Positions 42,955 through 52,202 of a DNA stretch of 64,000 nt are shown here, one piece after another. The notes below the pieces were generated by a model. The model worked only from the letters and a program-made list of their open reading frames with translations, searched no databases and was not told the DNA's origin. Numbering within the stretch: the first letter of the stretch is position 1; every line of letters begins with the position of its first letter. The position numbers and the translations under genes are program-made. Source of the DNA: an uncultured archaeon (GTDB lineage: Archaea > Aenigmatarchaeota > Aenigmatarchaeia > CG10238-14 > SCSR01); the NCBI GenBank assembly GCA_964372485.1, contig CAYJQI010000001.1:523714-587713 (forward strand). The letters are read 5' to 3'.

Positions 42955-43929
42955 ATGGTAGATGATAACGCAATCGAAGTAAAAGGATTGATGAAATCGT
43001 TTAAAAAACTTAACGTACTTAATGGTATTGATTTTTCTGTGAAAAAAGGAACTGTTGTAGCATTACTTGGACCTAATGGCGCGGGAAAAACTACAACTGT
43101 ACGAATATTGAGCACATTACTTCTTCCTGACGGTGGTCAGGCATTGATTAATGGTTTTGATGTTGTTAAAGAATCTAATAAAGTTCGAGCTTTAATTGGA
43201 CTAACAGGACAAAATGTTGCGATTGATGATTATCTGACAGCTGAAGAAAATCTTCACATGATGGGCAGATTGTATCGTATTAATCATGCAGATATAAAAA
43301 AACGTTCGCAAGAATTAATTGAATTGTTTGATTTGAAAGATGCAGCGAAACGTGTAGTGAAAACATATTCTGGAGGAATGAAAAGACGATTAGATCTTGC
43401 TGTTAGTTTACTTTCATCCCCACCAATTATTTTTCTTGATGAACCAACAACTGGTCTTGATCCACGAAGCCGTTTGTTAATGTGGGATATTATTGAACAT
43501 TTAACTGAAGCAGGAACTACCATCCTTCTCACAACACAAGATATGGATGAAGCCGATCATCTTGCAGATAGAATTATTGTTATTGACAATGGAAAAGTAA
43601 TTGCAGATGGTACGTCCGATGAATTGAAACTTCGTGTAGGATCCGAAAGATTGGAGATTACAATTGCTGAAGGAAGTAATTTTGAAAGTGCAAAAACTAT
43701 TGTTGATGGTGAAGGTCTTCATTTTGATGAAAAAAGACGAACATTAAGTTTGGCAACCAAAGGCGGAGTACATCAACTTAAACAAGTTCTCGGTAGCTTG
43801 GAAGACGCAGGTGTTGTTGTAGAAAATGTATCATTCCATCGTCCAACACTTGATGATGTTTTTCTAACGTTTACCGGACATGCTACAAAAACAAATGAAG
43901 AATCAGAAAAAATCGAGGTGAAGAAATGA
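42955..43929 (+). CDS. ABC transporter ATP-binding protein (DrrA/ABC-2 type)
   Basis: Walker A GPNGAGKTTT, signature YSGGMKRRL, Walker B IIFLDEPTTGLD. Confidence 0.9.
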   Translation: MVDDNAIEVKGLMKSFKKLNVLNGIDFSVKKGTVVALLGPNGAGKTTTVRILSTLLLPDGGQALINGFDVVKESNKVRALIGLTGQNVAIDDYLTAEENLHMMGRLYRINHADIKKRSQELIELFDLKDAAKRVVKTYSGGMKRRLDLAVSLLSSPPIIFLDEPTTGLDPRSRLLMWDIIEHLTEAGTTILLTTQDMDEADHLADRIIVIDNGKVIADGTSDELKLRVGSERLEITIAEGSNFESAKTIVDGEGLHFDEKRRTLSLATKGGVHQLKQVLGSLEDAGVVVENVSFHRPTLDDVFLTFTGHATKTNEESEKIEVKK

Positions 43930-44744
43930 GTGAAGAGGAAGCTTTTATTACTGAAGTAAAAACAGAAAAACGATCTGGCATATTTTGGACAATCAGCGAT
44001 TCATGGGTACTTGCAAAAAGAAGTATCAAACACATTACACGAAATCTTGATCAATTAATGTCAGCTGCAATGTTTCCGATAATGTTTTTCCTTTTGTTCC
44101 GTTATGTATTCGGCGGTGCAATAAATACAGGTGATGTAAGTTATGTTAATTTCCTTGTAGCTGGAATTCTTGTACAAACTCTTGCATTCGGTGCAAATTA
44201 TACAACACTAAATATAGTTATTGATCTTCAACGAGGGATTGTGGATAGATTCCGTTCGATGCCAATGTCTAGTTCCACTCTATTAATCGGTCATATTACA
44301 GCAGATCTAGTGAGGAATGTAGTTTCGGGAGTAATAATTATTGCTGTCGGTCTTTTAGTTGGATTTAGACCAGCTGCAGATCCAGTTGAATGGTTGTTGG
44401 TATTTGGTCTTGCTCTCGTTTTTTCATTTGCAATATCATGGATATCTGCCATCATGGGATTGATTGTTAAAACTATAGAAGCAGCACAATGGACAGGATT
44501 CATTGTCATCTTTCCATTAACATTTGTTAGTAATGCATTCGTTCCAACTGATACAATGCCTACAGTATTGAGAGTTTTTGCCGAGAATCAACCTGTTACT
44601 CAAGTAATTGAAGCAATGAGAGCATGGTTAGTAGGCACACCGATAGGAAATACAGGATGGATGGCATTTGGTTGGTGTATTGGAATAATTATTGTTGCGA
44701 TCCCTGTTGCAACATGGCTCTTTAAACGTCAGTCGGTTAGATGA
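43926..44744 (+). CDS. ABC-2 type transporter permease
   Basis: 272 aa with six predicted TM helices. 4-nt overlap with the ATPase gene. Confidence 0.8.
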   Translation: MSEEEAFITEVKTEKRSGIFWTISDSWVLAKRSIKHITRNLDQLMSAAMFPIMFFLLFRYVFGGAINTGDVSYVNFLVAGILVQTLAFGANYTTLNIVIDLQRGIVDRFRSMPMSSSTLLIGHITADLVRNVVSGVIIIAVGLLVGFRPAADPVEWLLVFGLALVFSFAISWISAIMGLIVKTIEAAQWTGFIVIFPLTFVSNAFVPTDTMPTVLRVFAENQPVTQVIEAMRAWLVGTPIGNTGWMAFGWCIGIIIVAIPVATWLFKRQSVR

Positions 44745-44780
44745 AAAATACTTAAATCTTTTTTTTACGGGTAATTTATA

Positions 44781-45458
44781 ATGCCTCAAGTGGAAGCTTA
44801 TCTTCCTATTGGCGAATATTTCATATATCCGGATATTTTTCTTGATATGAATTTAGTCGATACAGAAAGAATAGCGAACGACAATTCATTGGTTGTGTTA
44901 CCATCAGCGGCTGTTTTAGAGATTGCCAGAGCAACATTACCAGAACTCACAGATCGTAATATCAAAGATATTCGAGATGTAAACCCCGAATTAAAACGGG
45001 ATGATATAATAAGAGATTTTAGACATTTGCATAAATTCTTATGGAAAGAACAACGATGGGTTAGACCTAAAGAAGTTCGTGCATATTTGGAACGACGATT
45101 TCCCGAACACCCGTCTATAAATTCCGATCCATCTATCTCCCGTAAAGATGTGGTTCAAATAATTCTTGCCGATTACAAAATATCTGATGGTGAAAAACCT
45201 TTTGATATAAATGGTATGAAAAAAGATCCCCGTATAGTAATATCATCGACAGCTCAAATGATAAGACAATTGGGAATGTCTAAGTATCCAAAAATAATTG
45301 GAACACAGAATAGTTTTGATGACGGAGGGATAAGAACCTTCTACTGGGAATTTGTAGAAAATAGGCCTTATCAACCAAATCTTCATTGTGAACAGAGCTA
45401 TAAGGAAAAGGTGCCATATGGCGGGTCGATTCTTGGCAAAAGAATAAATTCAATTTAA
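44781..45458 (+). CDS. Hypothetical protein (225 aa)
   Basis: Long ORF with no competing feature. No motif recognised. Confidence 0.45.
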   Translation: MPQVEAYLPIGEYFIYPDIFLDMNLVDTERIANDNSLVVLPSAAVLEIARATLPELTDRNIKDIRDVNPELKRDDIIRDFRHLHKFLWKEQRWVRPKEVRAYLERRFPEHPSINSDPSISRKDVVQIILADYKISDGEKPFDINGMKKDPRIVISSTAQMIRQLGMSKYPKIIGTQNSFDDGGIRTFYWEFVENRPYQPNLHCEQSYKEKVPYGGSILGKRINSI

Positions 45459-45481
45459 CAAATGATACCCATAATTAAAAC

Positions 45482-46282
45482 ATGAACATGATAAAATTTT
45501 CATTGTTATATATCATATTTTTATTTCCCGTAACATCTCTTGCACAATCACCGGTTGGTTTTGTAAATGATTTTGCAGATATAATTGATGATACTAGTGA
45601 ATATTTTATCGAAAGTGCTATCTCAGAGTTGGAAGAAAATACAAGTGTTGAGATAGCTGTTGTGACTGTAACTAATTTGCCACAAGATGAAACTGTCGAG
45701 TCATATATCAACAAACTTTTTAATGAATGGGGTGTTGGTAAAAAAGGTGAAGACAATGGAATCATGATTTTACTTTCACTTGAAGAAAGAGTAATCAGAA
45801 TAGAAGTTGGATATGGTTTGGAAGGAATTCTACCTGACGGAAAATTAGGAAGGATACTTGATGATAACCTTGTTGCATTGGAAGAAGAAAATTATGGCGC
45901 TGGTCTTGAAGGAATCGTTTTGGATATATCACAGATCATATACGAAGATTATAATCCTTCTATTCAATCGTCAGGAAATAATTTTCTAATCTATTTAATA
46001 GCAGGTTTGATTATTGCAGCTGTCATAGGAGGTTTTATCCTGGTTGGATTTGCGATCTACAATTATAATAGATGTCCAAAATGCAGATCATATCTTAATA
46101 GTTCGGTCGTTCATTCTGACAAGTTTTCCACAAGGACGCAATATGTTTGTCCGAAATGTGGATACAAGACAAATTATACTCGCATGAATTCGCCTCATGG
46201 ATATCCAGGCGGTGGTCATCGGAGTGGCGGAACTTTTGGAGGTGGGAGTTCTGGTGGTGGTGGAGCCGGAAGAAAATTTTAA
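45482..46282 (+). CDS. TPM-domain protein (DUF477) with TM helix, zinc ribbon and Gly-rich tail
   Basis: VNDFADII...VEIAVVTVTNL...LFNEWGVGKKGEDNGIMILLSLEERVIRIEVGYGLEGILPD is the TPM consensus. This is followed by CPKC...CPKC and GGGSSGGGGAG. Confidence 0.75.
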   Translation: MNMIKFSLLYIIFLFPVTSLAQSPVGFVNDFADIIDDTSEYFIESAISELEENTSVEIAVVTVTNLPQDETVESYINKLFNEWGVGKKGEDNGIMILLSLEERVIRIEVGYGLEGILPDGKLGRILDDNLVALEEENYGAGLEGIVLDISQIIYEDYNPSIQSSGNNFLIYLIAGLIIAAVIGGFILVGFAIYNYNRCPKCRSYLNSSVVHSDKFSTRTQYVCPKCGYKTNYTRMNSPHGYPGGGHRSGGTFGGGSSGGGGAGRKF

Positions 46283-46857
46283 GGATAAATGTTAACATCT
46301 GGTGCGACTTCGCTTCCGGGTGTTGATGAGAAATAAAGCTTCTGTTCAAATCCAAACATTGATGCTATTATACTTCCCGGAATTCTTCTAATTGCACCGT
46401 TAAAATCTCTGACATCATTATTATAACGCATTCTTTCAACTGCGATTCTATTTTCAGTTCCCGCAAGTTCATCCATTAATTGTACAACTGTTGTATCACT
46501 TTTTAATTCTGGATAATTTTCAACAACAACCAAAAGTCGAGATATTGCGGAATCAAGTTCTGTTCCGTATTTTATTCTATCTTCCTGTGTGGAAGATGAT
46601 TGCCATTGACTTCTTAATGCAGTAATGTTAGTGAGAAGATCTCTTTCAAATTGTAAATATCCTTGAACTGAAGAAACAAGATTAGGTATCAAATCCGATC
46701 TTCTTTGATATTGACTTTCAACATTTGCCCACTGTGCATCAACTTTCTGTTCTTTCGTGACAAGTCCATTGTAAGTTAATAATGACCAAAGTACTAGGAT
46801 ACCAATAACTACCAGAACAATAACAGGAACAGATAGGAAATTAAATTTCTTTGCCAT
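46279..46857 (-). CDS. lemA: LemA-family protein
   Basis: N-terminal TM helix, then YNGLVTKEQKVDAQWANVESQYQRRSDLIPNLV, the LemA consensus. Convergent 4-nt overlap with the TPM gene. Confidence 0.85.
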   Translation of the reverse strand: MAKKFNFLSVPVIVLVVIGILVLWSLLTYNGLVTKEQKVDAQWANVESQYQRRSDLIPNLVSSVQGYLQFERDLLTNITALRSQWQSSSTQEDRIKYGTELDSAISRLLVVVENYPELKSDTTVVQLMDELAGTENRIAVERMRYNNDVRDFNGAIRRIPGSIIASMFGFEQKLYFSSTPGSEVAPDVNIYP

Positions 46858-46888
46858 AATAATTGATTCAGATTTGAGTTATTAAAGA

Positions 46889-47494
46889 TTATCGGAAGAA
46901 TTGATTGAAGAGTGATTTACGTTTAACTGGTCTAGGCTTAGAAGCTGATCTGGATCTAGTTCTTTTAACACGTTTCACTATTTGTGGCTTTTCAGTCGCT
47001 ATTTTCCAATATATTTTTCCAGCTTTCAAAAGATTTTCTTTATTTGTAAGTTCTCTCAGTGTTTCTCCAAGCTTTGTCTTTTTGTTCATAACGGTTTCTA
47101 TCTTTCTCTCCAGTCTATTTATTTCACTAATTAATTTTCTTTCTTCTGCCAAGACTTTCTCTTTGGCTTTTCTACCAACTATTGCTGAACGATGAAGCTT
47201 TGGTATTTCTTCTCGCATTCTTTTTATATCTCCGGTCATTTGCAATATTCTTCTTTTATCAAATCTCTCCCTCTCAATCATATTTCGTATTCTATCGCTC
47301 AATCTTCTGACCTTAGCTGCTGTATTTTTTTCAAGATTTTTTAAACTTGACTCATGAGTTCGTAATCTGTTTAATTCACGTAAGACTTCGTTATAAGAAG
47401 ATCGATATTTATTGGTAATTTTGTTTATTTTCGAAAAAACCCTTCCTTTCTCACGAGCAAATTTTTTCTCGATTTGATTTATGAAATCAGACAT
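46889..47494 (-). CDS. Basic coiled-coil protein, unknown function
   Basis: 201 aa, Lys/Arg/Glu-rich heptad-like sequence throughout. Confidence 0.45.
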   Translation of the reverse strand: MSDFINQIEKKFAREKGRVFSKINKITNKYRSSYNEVLRELNRLRTHESSLKNLEKNTAAKVRRLSDRIRNMIERERFDKRRILQMTGDIKRMREEIPKLHRSAIVGRKAKEKVLAEERKLISEINRLERKIETVMNKKTKLGETLRELTNKENLLKAGKIYWKIATEKPQIVKRVKRTRSRSASKPRPVKRKSLFNQFFR

Positions 47495-47529
47495 TAATTA
47501 GTATTAGTTTTCTATTTAAAAATACTTTT

Positions 47530-48678
47530 CTATTTAAAGAATCCGCTCAAATGAGTCTGTTTTAATAAAACACTCTGTTTTTTGTATCTTGAAAATGGTA
47601 ACCAAAGTTTCCCGGAAATATAATCTAGTGCAGATTTCATATCATAAAATTCCTTTGGTCTCTTACTCATTGCACTTCTTGTTGATTCTCTAACTAACCA
47701 GACCCCTAAGGGAGTGTAATTAGGATAGCTTTCTCTAAACACAAGTGCACCAGCTTGTAGTTTCATTCTTTCCAAATGTTCCAATATTCCTAATCGAGTA
47801 CTGTAAAAACATCCACCGATAGTTGCATATTCTTTCTTTCCAGTATTTGGTTCCCAATCAGAGAAAATAACTTCCTCATTTCCAAGAACTCGTATGAATG
47901 CTTCAAGAAATTCATATTGCCAATAAGTCGGCATTAGTAAAATGAAAAATGTATTGTTCATTCGTGTATATTCGAAGACTTGATAATGATCGATTAATTG
48001 AAAATCTCTAACTTTTTCTAATAAATTCAATCCGAGTGTATCATCAACTGCTGTAATACTCCATCTTGTTGGTACAAGTTTTCTATTCTTCTCCATTCCA
48101 AATGCACCAACACTCAATGCTTTTTGTATGGTTGAAACAGGAACATCTTTCTGGTACATTGTAATAACAGCTTCCTTTGATTTCAAATCAGTATCATAAT
48201 ATGCTTTCTCAAGATGCGGTTCCATTTTTGTATTGTTTATTGTAACTTTTTTCAATGGTGCACTGGGACCAAATGGTTGGATATCTTCGTTGAAAAATAT
48301 TCCTCGAGGTTTTTTCTTAAATTCAGCATCCATTTCCAAAGAATCTTTTGCAAGTGCGACTTCTTGGAATAATCTCGCAGTTTTATGTTGTGTATCGTGA
48401 ATGTTTAATGTTTCTTTCCCTCGAATCAATGTAAATCGGAAATTAATAACATCTGAAACTGTTTTGTTTGTTCTAAACCAATCTTCTGGAAGATCCATTA
48501 TTTGGGTATTTCCATGTTCAGGTGGAATTAATGGGCCAACAAAAACTTTCGGATATCCAAATCTCCCAACAAATATCGATGGTGGGCTAGCACCGGAAAT
48601 ACTCTCCCCTACCTCGATCGTTTTGAAATTGATCTTAGAATACAATCTATTGAGGTAAGCAGACTTGCCTGTAATCAT
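47530..48678 (-). CDS. Nre-family (NreA-like) archaeal DNA repair protein candidate
   Basis: The N-terminal GASPPSIFVGRFGYPKVFVGPLIPPE block is what I recall from archaeal Nre_N domains. Length (382 aa) fits. Confidence 0.45.
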   Translation of the reverse strand: MITGKSAYLNRLYSKINFKTIEVGESISGASPPSIFVGRFGYPKVFVGPLIPPEHGNTQIMDLPEDWFRTNKTVSDVINFRFTLIRGKETLNIHDTQHKTARLFQEVALAKDSLEMDAEFKKKPRGIFFNEDIQPFGPSAPLKKVTINNTKMEPHLEKAYYDTDLKSKEAVITMYQKDVPVSTIQKALSVGAFGMEKNRKLVPTRWSITAVDDTLGLNLLEKVRDFQLIDHYQVFEYTRMNNTFFILLMPTYWQYEFLEAFIRVLGNEEVIFSDWEPNTGKKEYATIGGCFYSTRLGILEHLERMKLQAGALVFRESYPNYTPLGVWLVRESTRSAMSKRPKEFYDMKSALDYISGKLWLPFSRYKKQSVLLKQTHLSGFFK

Positions 48679-48760
48679 AATGTAATAAAGTCAGTGAAAT
48701 TAGAAATAGTTATCTGAGGTTCATTTCCTTAGATTTTAATCTTGATTACTAATTGATATT

Positions 48761-50155
48761 ATGAAAGTCATTATGGGACTGGAAGTTCACGTCCACTTAC
48801 TCACTAAAAGTAAACTCTTCTGCAGTACATCGGCAGATTACGAAAATAAAGGACCCAATGAAAATACTTGTCCAATATGTTTGGGATATCCGGGATCAAA
48901 GCCTGTATTGAATAGAAAAGTTGTTGAATCTGCATTAATGGTGGCTAAAGCATTGAACTGTAAACCATCTCCTGAAATGTTCTTCTCCAGAAAATCATAT
49001 TTCTATCCAGATATGCCGAAAAATTATCAAGTAACACAATATGAAATTCCCTTGGCTGTTAATGGTTCACTTCAGATATCTGATAAAAAGATTCGAATAA
49101 GGCGAATACAAATTGAAGAAGATCCTGGAAAATTAGTTCATGTTGGAGGAAGCATAACAAACGCACAATATGTTTTGATAGATTACAATCGTGCGGGAAT
49201 TCCATTAATAGAAATTGTTACTGAGCCTGATTTTGAAAATCTTGAAGAAGTTAGAACATTTCTGTCAAAACTACAATCAATATTAGAACATCTTGAAGTT
49301 TATGATCCGAACAAGGAAGCATCTTTGAGAATTGATGCAAATATTTCTGTTGAAGGCGGTGAGAGAGTTGAGATTAAGAATATAACAGGATTTGCAAGTG
49401 TCGAGAAAGCATTGAGTTATGAAATTGTTCGTCAACAAAATCTTGTAAGAATGGGAATGAAAGTTGAAAGAGAGACACGACACTTTGATGAAGTTACAAA
49501 AACTACATCCACATTAAGAAAAAAAGAAAATGAAGAAGATTATGGATATATCTACGAACCCGATCTGCCACAATTTAGTATATCCGGAAAAATGGTTGCA
49601 TCTATAGAAGAACAAATGCCTGAATTACCTGACGCAAGAGTTGGAAGATTTATTAAAGAGTATAAATTACCAGAAAATCAATCACAAATTATTGTATACA
49701 CTGATAAAGCATTGGCAGATTTCTTTGAAGAATGTGTGAAATTATTTAACAAACCGGATTTTGTATCGAGATGGATTGTAACTGATTTGTTAAAAGTTTT
49801 GAATTGGAATAATCTCACTATTAGAAAATCTAAAATTACGCCAAAAATATTTGCAGAATTTTTAAAATCCATGGATAAAGGAGATATTACTGAGAGATTG
49901 GGAAAGGAATTAATCAAAGAACTAGTGCCCAGCGGAAAATCTGTTCAGGAACTTGTTGAATCAAAGGGACTTTCAAAGAAAATAGATTTGGAGACTGTTA
50001 TCAAGGAAGTAATCAAGGAAAATAAAAAAGCGGTTGACGATTATAAGGCTGGTAATGAGAAATCTATCCAGTTTTTAATTGGCCAAGTGCTTAGGAAAAC
50101 TAAATCTGCTGGAGATCCAAATAAAATTAAGGAACTGATAAAGAAAATTATTTGA
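48761..50155 (+). CDS. gatB: Asp/Glu-tRNA amidotransferase subunit B
   Basis: 464 aa: GLEVHVHL.TKSKLFC, CPICLGYPGSKPVLN, YFYPDMPKNYQVTQ, DYNRAGIPLIEIVTEPD, plus a C-terminal YqeY-like tail. Confidence 0.9.
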   Translation: MKVIMGLEVHVHLLTKSKLFCSTSADYENKGPNENTCPICLGYPGSKPVLNRKVVESALMVAKALNCKPSPEMFFSRKSYFYPDMPKNYQVTQYEIPLAVNGSLQISDKKIRIRRIQIEEDPGKLVHVGGSITNAQYVLIDYNRAGIPLIEIVTEPDFENLEEVRTFLSKLQSILEHLEVYDPNKEASLRIDANISVEGGERVEIKNITGFASVEKALSYEIVRQQNLVRMGMKVERETRHFDEVTKTTSTLRKKENEEDYGYIYEPDLPQFSISGKMVASIEEQMPELPDARVGRFIKEYKLPENQSQIIVYTDKALADFFEECVKLFNKPDFVSRWIVTDLLKVLNWNNLTIRKSKITPKIFAEFLKSMDKGDITERLGKELIKELVPSGKSVQELVESKGLSKKIDLETVIKEVIKENKKAVDDYKAGNEKSIQFLIGQVLRKTKSAGDPNKIKELIKKII

Positions 50156-50172
50156 TTTCTGAAATCCAGTTT

Positions 50173-50703
50173 CTACTGTATAGCATTTTTCACAATTGAA
50201 AGTTCTTGTCCCACAGTTAATAAACCTGAATTAAGTACAAAATGATACATATTAGGATTTCTATAATCAAATCCGAAAAGTCTCTTACATCTTTCTACAT
50301 CATCTGTTTCTCGATCAGAAAGTAATTTTTTAATTACATCATGAGGTAGTTCTTTATTTCTTCCAGATGTTCTGGCAGCTCTGGTATCCAAGGATGCTTG
50401 CACAAAAACAAGTAAAGTTCCTGAATCGTCTAAATTCCACGGATATCTTGCATCACATATAACATTCCCCTTTCTAACAATGTCACTCATTTCCCGGTTA
50501 ACTCTTATATTCTCTTCATCCGATGTCGATCTCATGTATTCTTCAAAACCGATGCTACCATCTGGATATTTTCTTCCCCATTCATTTCTGAACAACTGTC
50601 CTATAGAATGAACAGGCCACTTGTATTTAGATGATAATCTTTGTGCCAAAGTCGATTTTCCAGATCCAGGTAATCCGGATAAGAATATGCTCTTATACTT
50701 CAT
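50173..50703 (-). CDS. P-loop nucleotide kinase (archaeal cytidylate kinase-like / AAA-family)
   Basis: 176 aa with Walker A LSGLPGSGKSTLA. Size and layout fit small NMP kinases. Confidence 0.55.
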   Translation of the reverse strand: MKYKSIFLSGLPGSGKSTLAQRLSSKYKWPVHSIGQLFRNEWGRKYPDGSIGFEEYMRSTSDEENIRVNREMSDIVRKGNVICDARYPWNLDDSGTLLVFVQASLDTRAARTSGRNKELPHDVIKKLLSDRETDDVERCKRLFGFDYRNPNMYHFVLNSGLLTVGQELSIVKNAIQ

Positions 50704-50723
50704 TTCATTATGTTAAGATTAAA

Positions 50724-50734
50724 TTTATTTAAAT
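50724..50734 (+). promoter_or_regulatory. TATA-like box upstream of tRNA-Asn
   Basis: TTTATTTAAAT is centred about 29 nt upstream of 50758. This is consistent with archaeal TATA spacing if transcription starts just before GCCCCAG. Confidence 0.3.
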
Positions 50735-50757
50735 CCACTTATTTCTAATTCATTATT

Positions 50758-50854
50758 GCCCCAGCAATGCCCCGGTAATTCATCGGGAAAGCTCAGTAGG
50801 TAGAGCGGCACGCTGTTAACGTGATGGTCGAGAGTTCGAGTCTCTCCTGGGGCG
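50758..50854 (+). tRNA. tRNA-Asn (anticodon GUU) with a non-canonical intron between acceptor stem and D-arm; mature 5' end probably at 50769
   Basis: D-arm GCUC AGUAGGUA GAGC, anticodon loop CUGUUAA, T-arm GAGAG UUCGAGU CUCUC, 3' acceptor CUGGGGC plus G73. Both GCCCCAG (50758-64) and GCCCCGG (50769-75) can form the 5' acceptor strand. Confidence 0.8.
50777..50789 (+). other. Predicted 13-nt tRNA intron at position 8/9 (bulge-helix-bulge-like)
   Basis: Helix CCCG (50771-74) / CGGG (50784-87) is flanked by 3-nt bulges GUA (50775-77) and AAA (50788-90). Cutting after the second bulge nucleotide gives GCCCCGG-U-A-GCUC, i.e. U8-A9, and a 73-nt tRNA. Confidence 0.5.
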
Positions 50855-50856
50855 CC

Positions 50857-51483
50857 TCATTTTTCAATAATATACAAATCCACGCTAATTTCTTTCACAG
50901 GTTTTTCATGAAACTTGAATAGATGTGGAATAGGAAACTTGTACGGAAGTATTTTCTCCACCTTACCCCCTTTACTCTCCACGAGATTAGATATAAATTG
51001 TCGTGTTTTCTCGTAACCATTTTTATGTAAACTATAAATATTCTTTCCGCATTCCAATGCTTTTTCTAAAAATGTTTTGTCTGCATGTTCAGTTTGAATT
51101 CCAAATGGAGGATTTTGAATAACAGTATCGCATTTACCCGAGAATTCTTTTATATCAGACGGAACAAATTTTATCGATCCTTTTACAGGCATATTTTCAG
51201 TTAATATTATTTGCAAGTTTTCTTCTGCCGTATCAAGGACTTTACTATCCGTATCTACAGCAACAACTTCCCTCGCTCCAAGCAATAAAGCTCCAAATGC
51301 TAATCTTCCAGTTCCACATCCAAAATCAAAAACAACTTTGTCTTCAATATCTCCATTCAAATGTGCAAAATGTAGTATATCCGCTGCCAAATCACCTGGG
51401 ATTGTATATTGTTCTAATGTTGGTTTTGGGTTTTCGATAGGTTTCAATTTTGATAAAATTATTTCGAGTTGTTTCTTGTTCAT
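50857..51483 (-). CDS. N6-adenine-type (NPPF) SAM methyltransferase, METTL5/RsmD-like RNA methylase candidate
   Basis: Motif I is VFDFGCGTGRLAFGA and motif IV is VIQNPPFG. Confidence 0.7.
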   Translation of the reverse strand: MNKKQLEIILSKLKPIENPKPTLEQYTIPGDLAADILHFAHLNGDIEDKVVFDFGCGTGRLAFGALLLGAREVVAVDTDSKVLDTAEENLQIILTENMPVKGSIKFVPSDIKEFSGKCDTVIQNPPFGIQTEHADKTFLEKALECGKNIYSLHKNGYEKTRQFISNLVESKGGKVEKILPYKFPIPHLFKFHEKPVKEISVDLYIIEK

Positions 51484-51716
51484 GTAATCGATTAATTATT
51501 TTTAGCGATAATTCCTTCTTTTCTTTAATTCTCCATAAAGGTCATTTCTACCGTAACCTGCTCCGAGGGGGATAGTATTCGAACCATAAAGGCGTTCATA
51601 TGAATATGTCTGCTCACGAGAGTCTATGCCCAAAAAATGATCCAATTTATTCCTGTATTTCATAAATTACTTTCTTTCGACAATCTATTTAACTTTTATT
51701 ATCGATTTTAAATTTA

Positions 51717-52202
51717 ATGAGCGGATCTATACACTTTTCTTATAAATCAGGAGGGTTCTCGGATGACGAGAAAACAGCTGCTCTACAAGAAGAATTGGAC
51801 AGAATAGGTCGAATGATTTCTAACGGTGTCGATGAAAGAGATTTGCCAAGGTTGGTGGGTAGATTATGTTTTTATGCACGTTCCCTCAAGAGATTCAAAC
51901 AAGACGAGATTGCAAGAATTCTTGGAGTTAGTGCTACAGATATAGTGATGCTTGAAAATGGTTTGAAAAGATTTCCACGTCAATATGTTGATGACTATTT
52001 GCTTGTAGTAGGACATGAAGGTGCTGAAGGTTATTTTTCAAAAAGTCCGTATTCGGATACAGTAACTATTGTTCCACCTTCTGCTATTTCACAATCATAT
52101 GCTGCACCAAAACAAGAAACATCGCCTACTCCCACTAAACCGACTACAATTCAAAGAGTTTTTCCCTTCGGTCGTCGGCGACATCCAAAACTAGCTGCTT
52201 GA
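51717..52202 (+). CDS. XRE-family HTH protein
   Basis: FKQDEIARILGVSATDIVMLENG is a Cro/C1-type HTH. Pro/Thr-rich C-terminus. Confidence 0.55.
   Translation: MSGSIHFSYKSGGFSDDEKTAALQEELDRIGRMISNGVDERDLPRLVGRLCFYARSLKRFKQDEIARILGVSATDIVMLENGLKRFPRQYVDDYLLVVGHEGAEGYFSKSPYSDTVTIVPPSAISQSYAAPKQETSPTPTKPTTIQRVFPFGRRRHPKLAA

Noticed and set aside
51502-51663. 53-aa minus-strand ORF (MKYRNKLDHFLGIDSREQTYSYERLYGSNTIPLGAGYGRNDLYGELKKRRNYR) in the 233-nt gap
   Set aside because: It has no motif and no supporting signal I can see. It may be real, but I cannot support it without conservation data.
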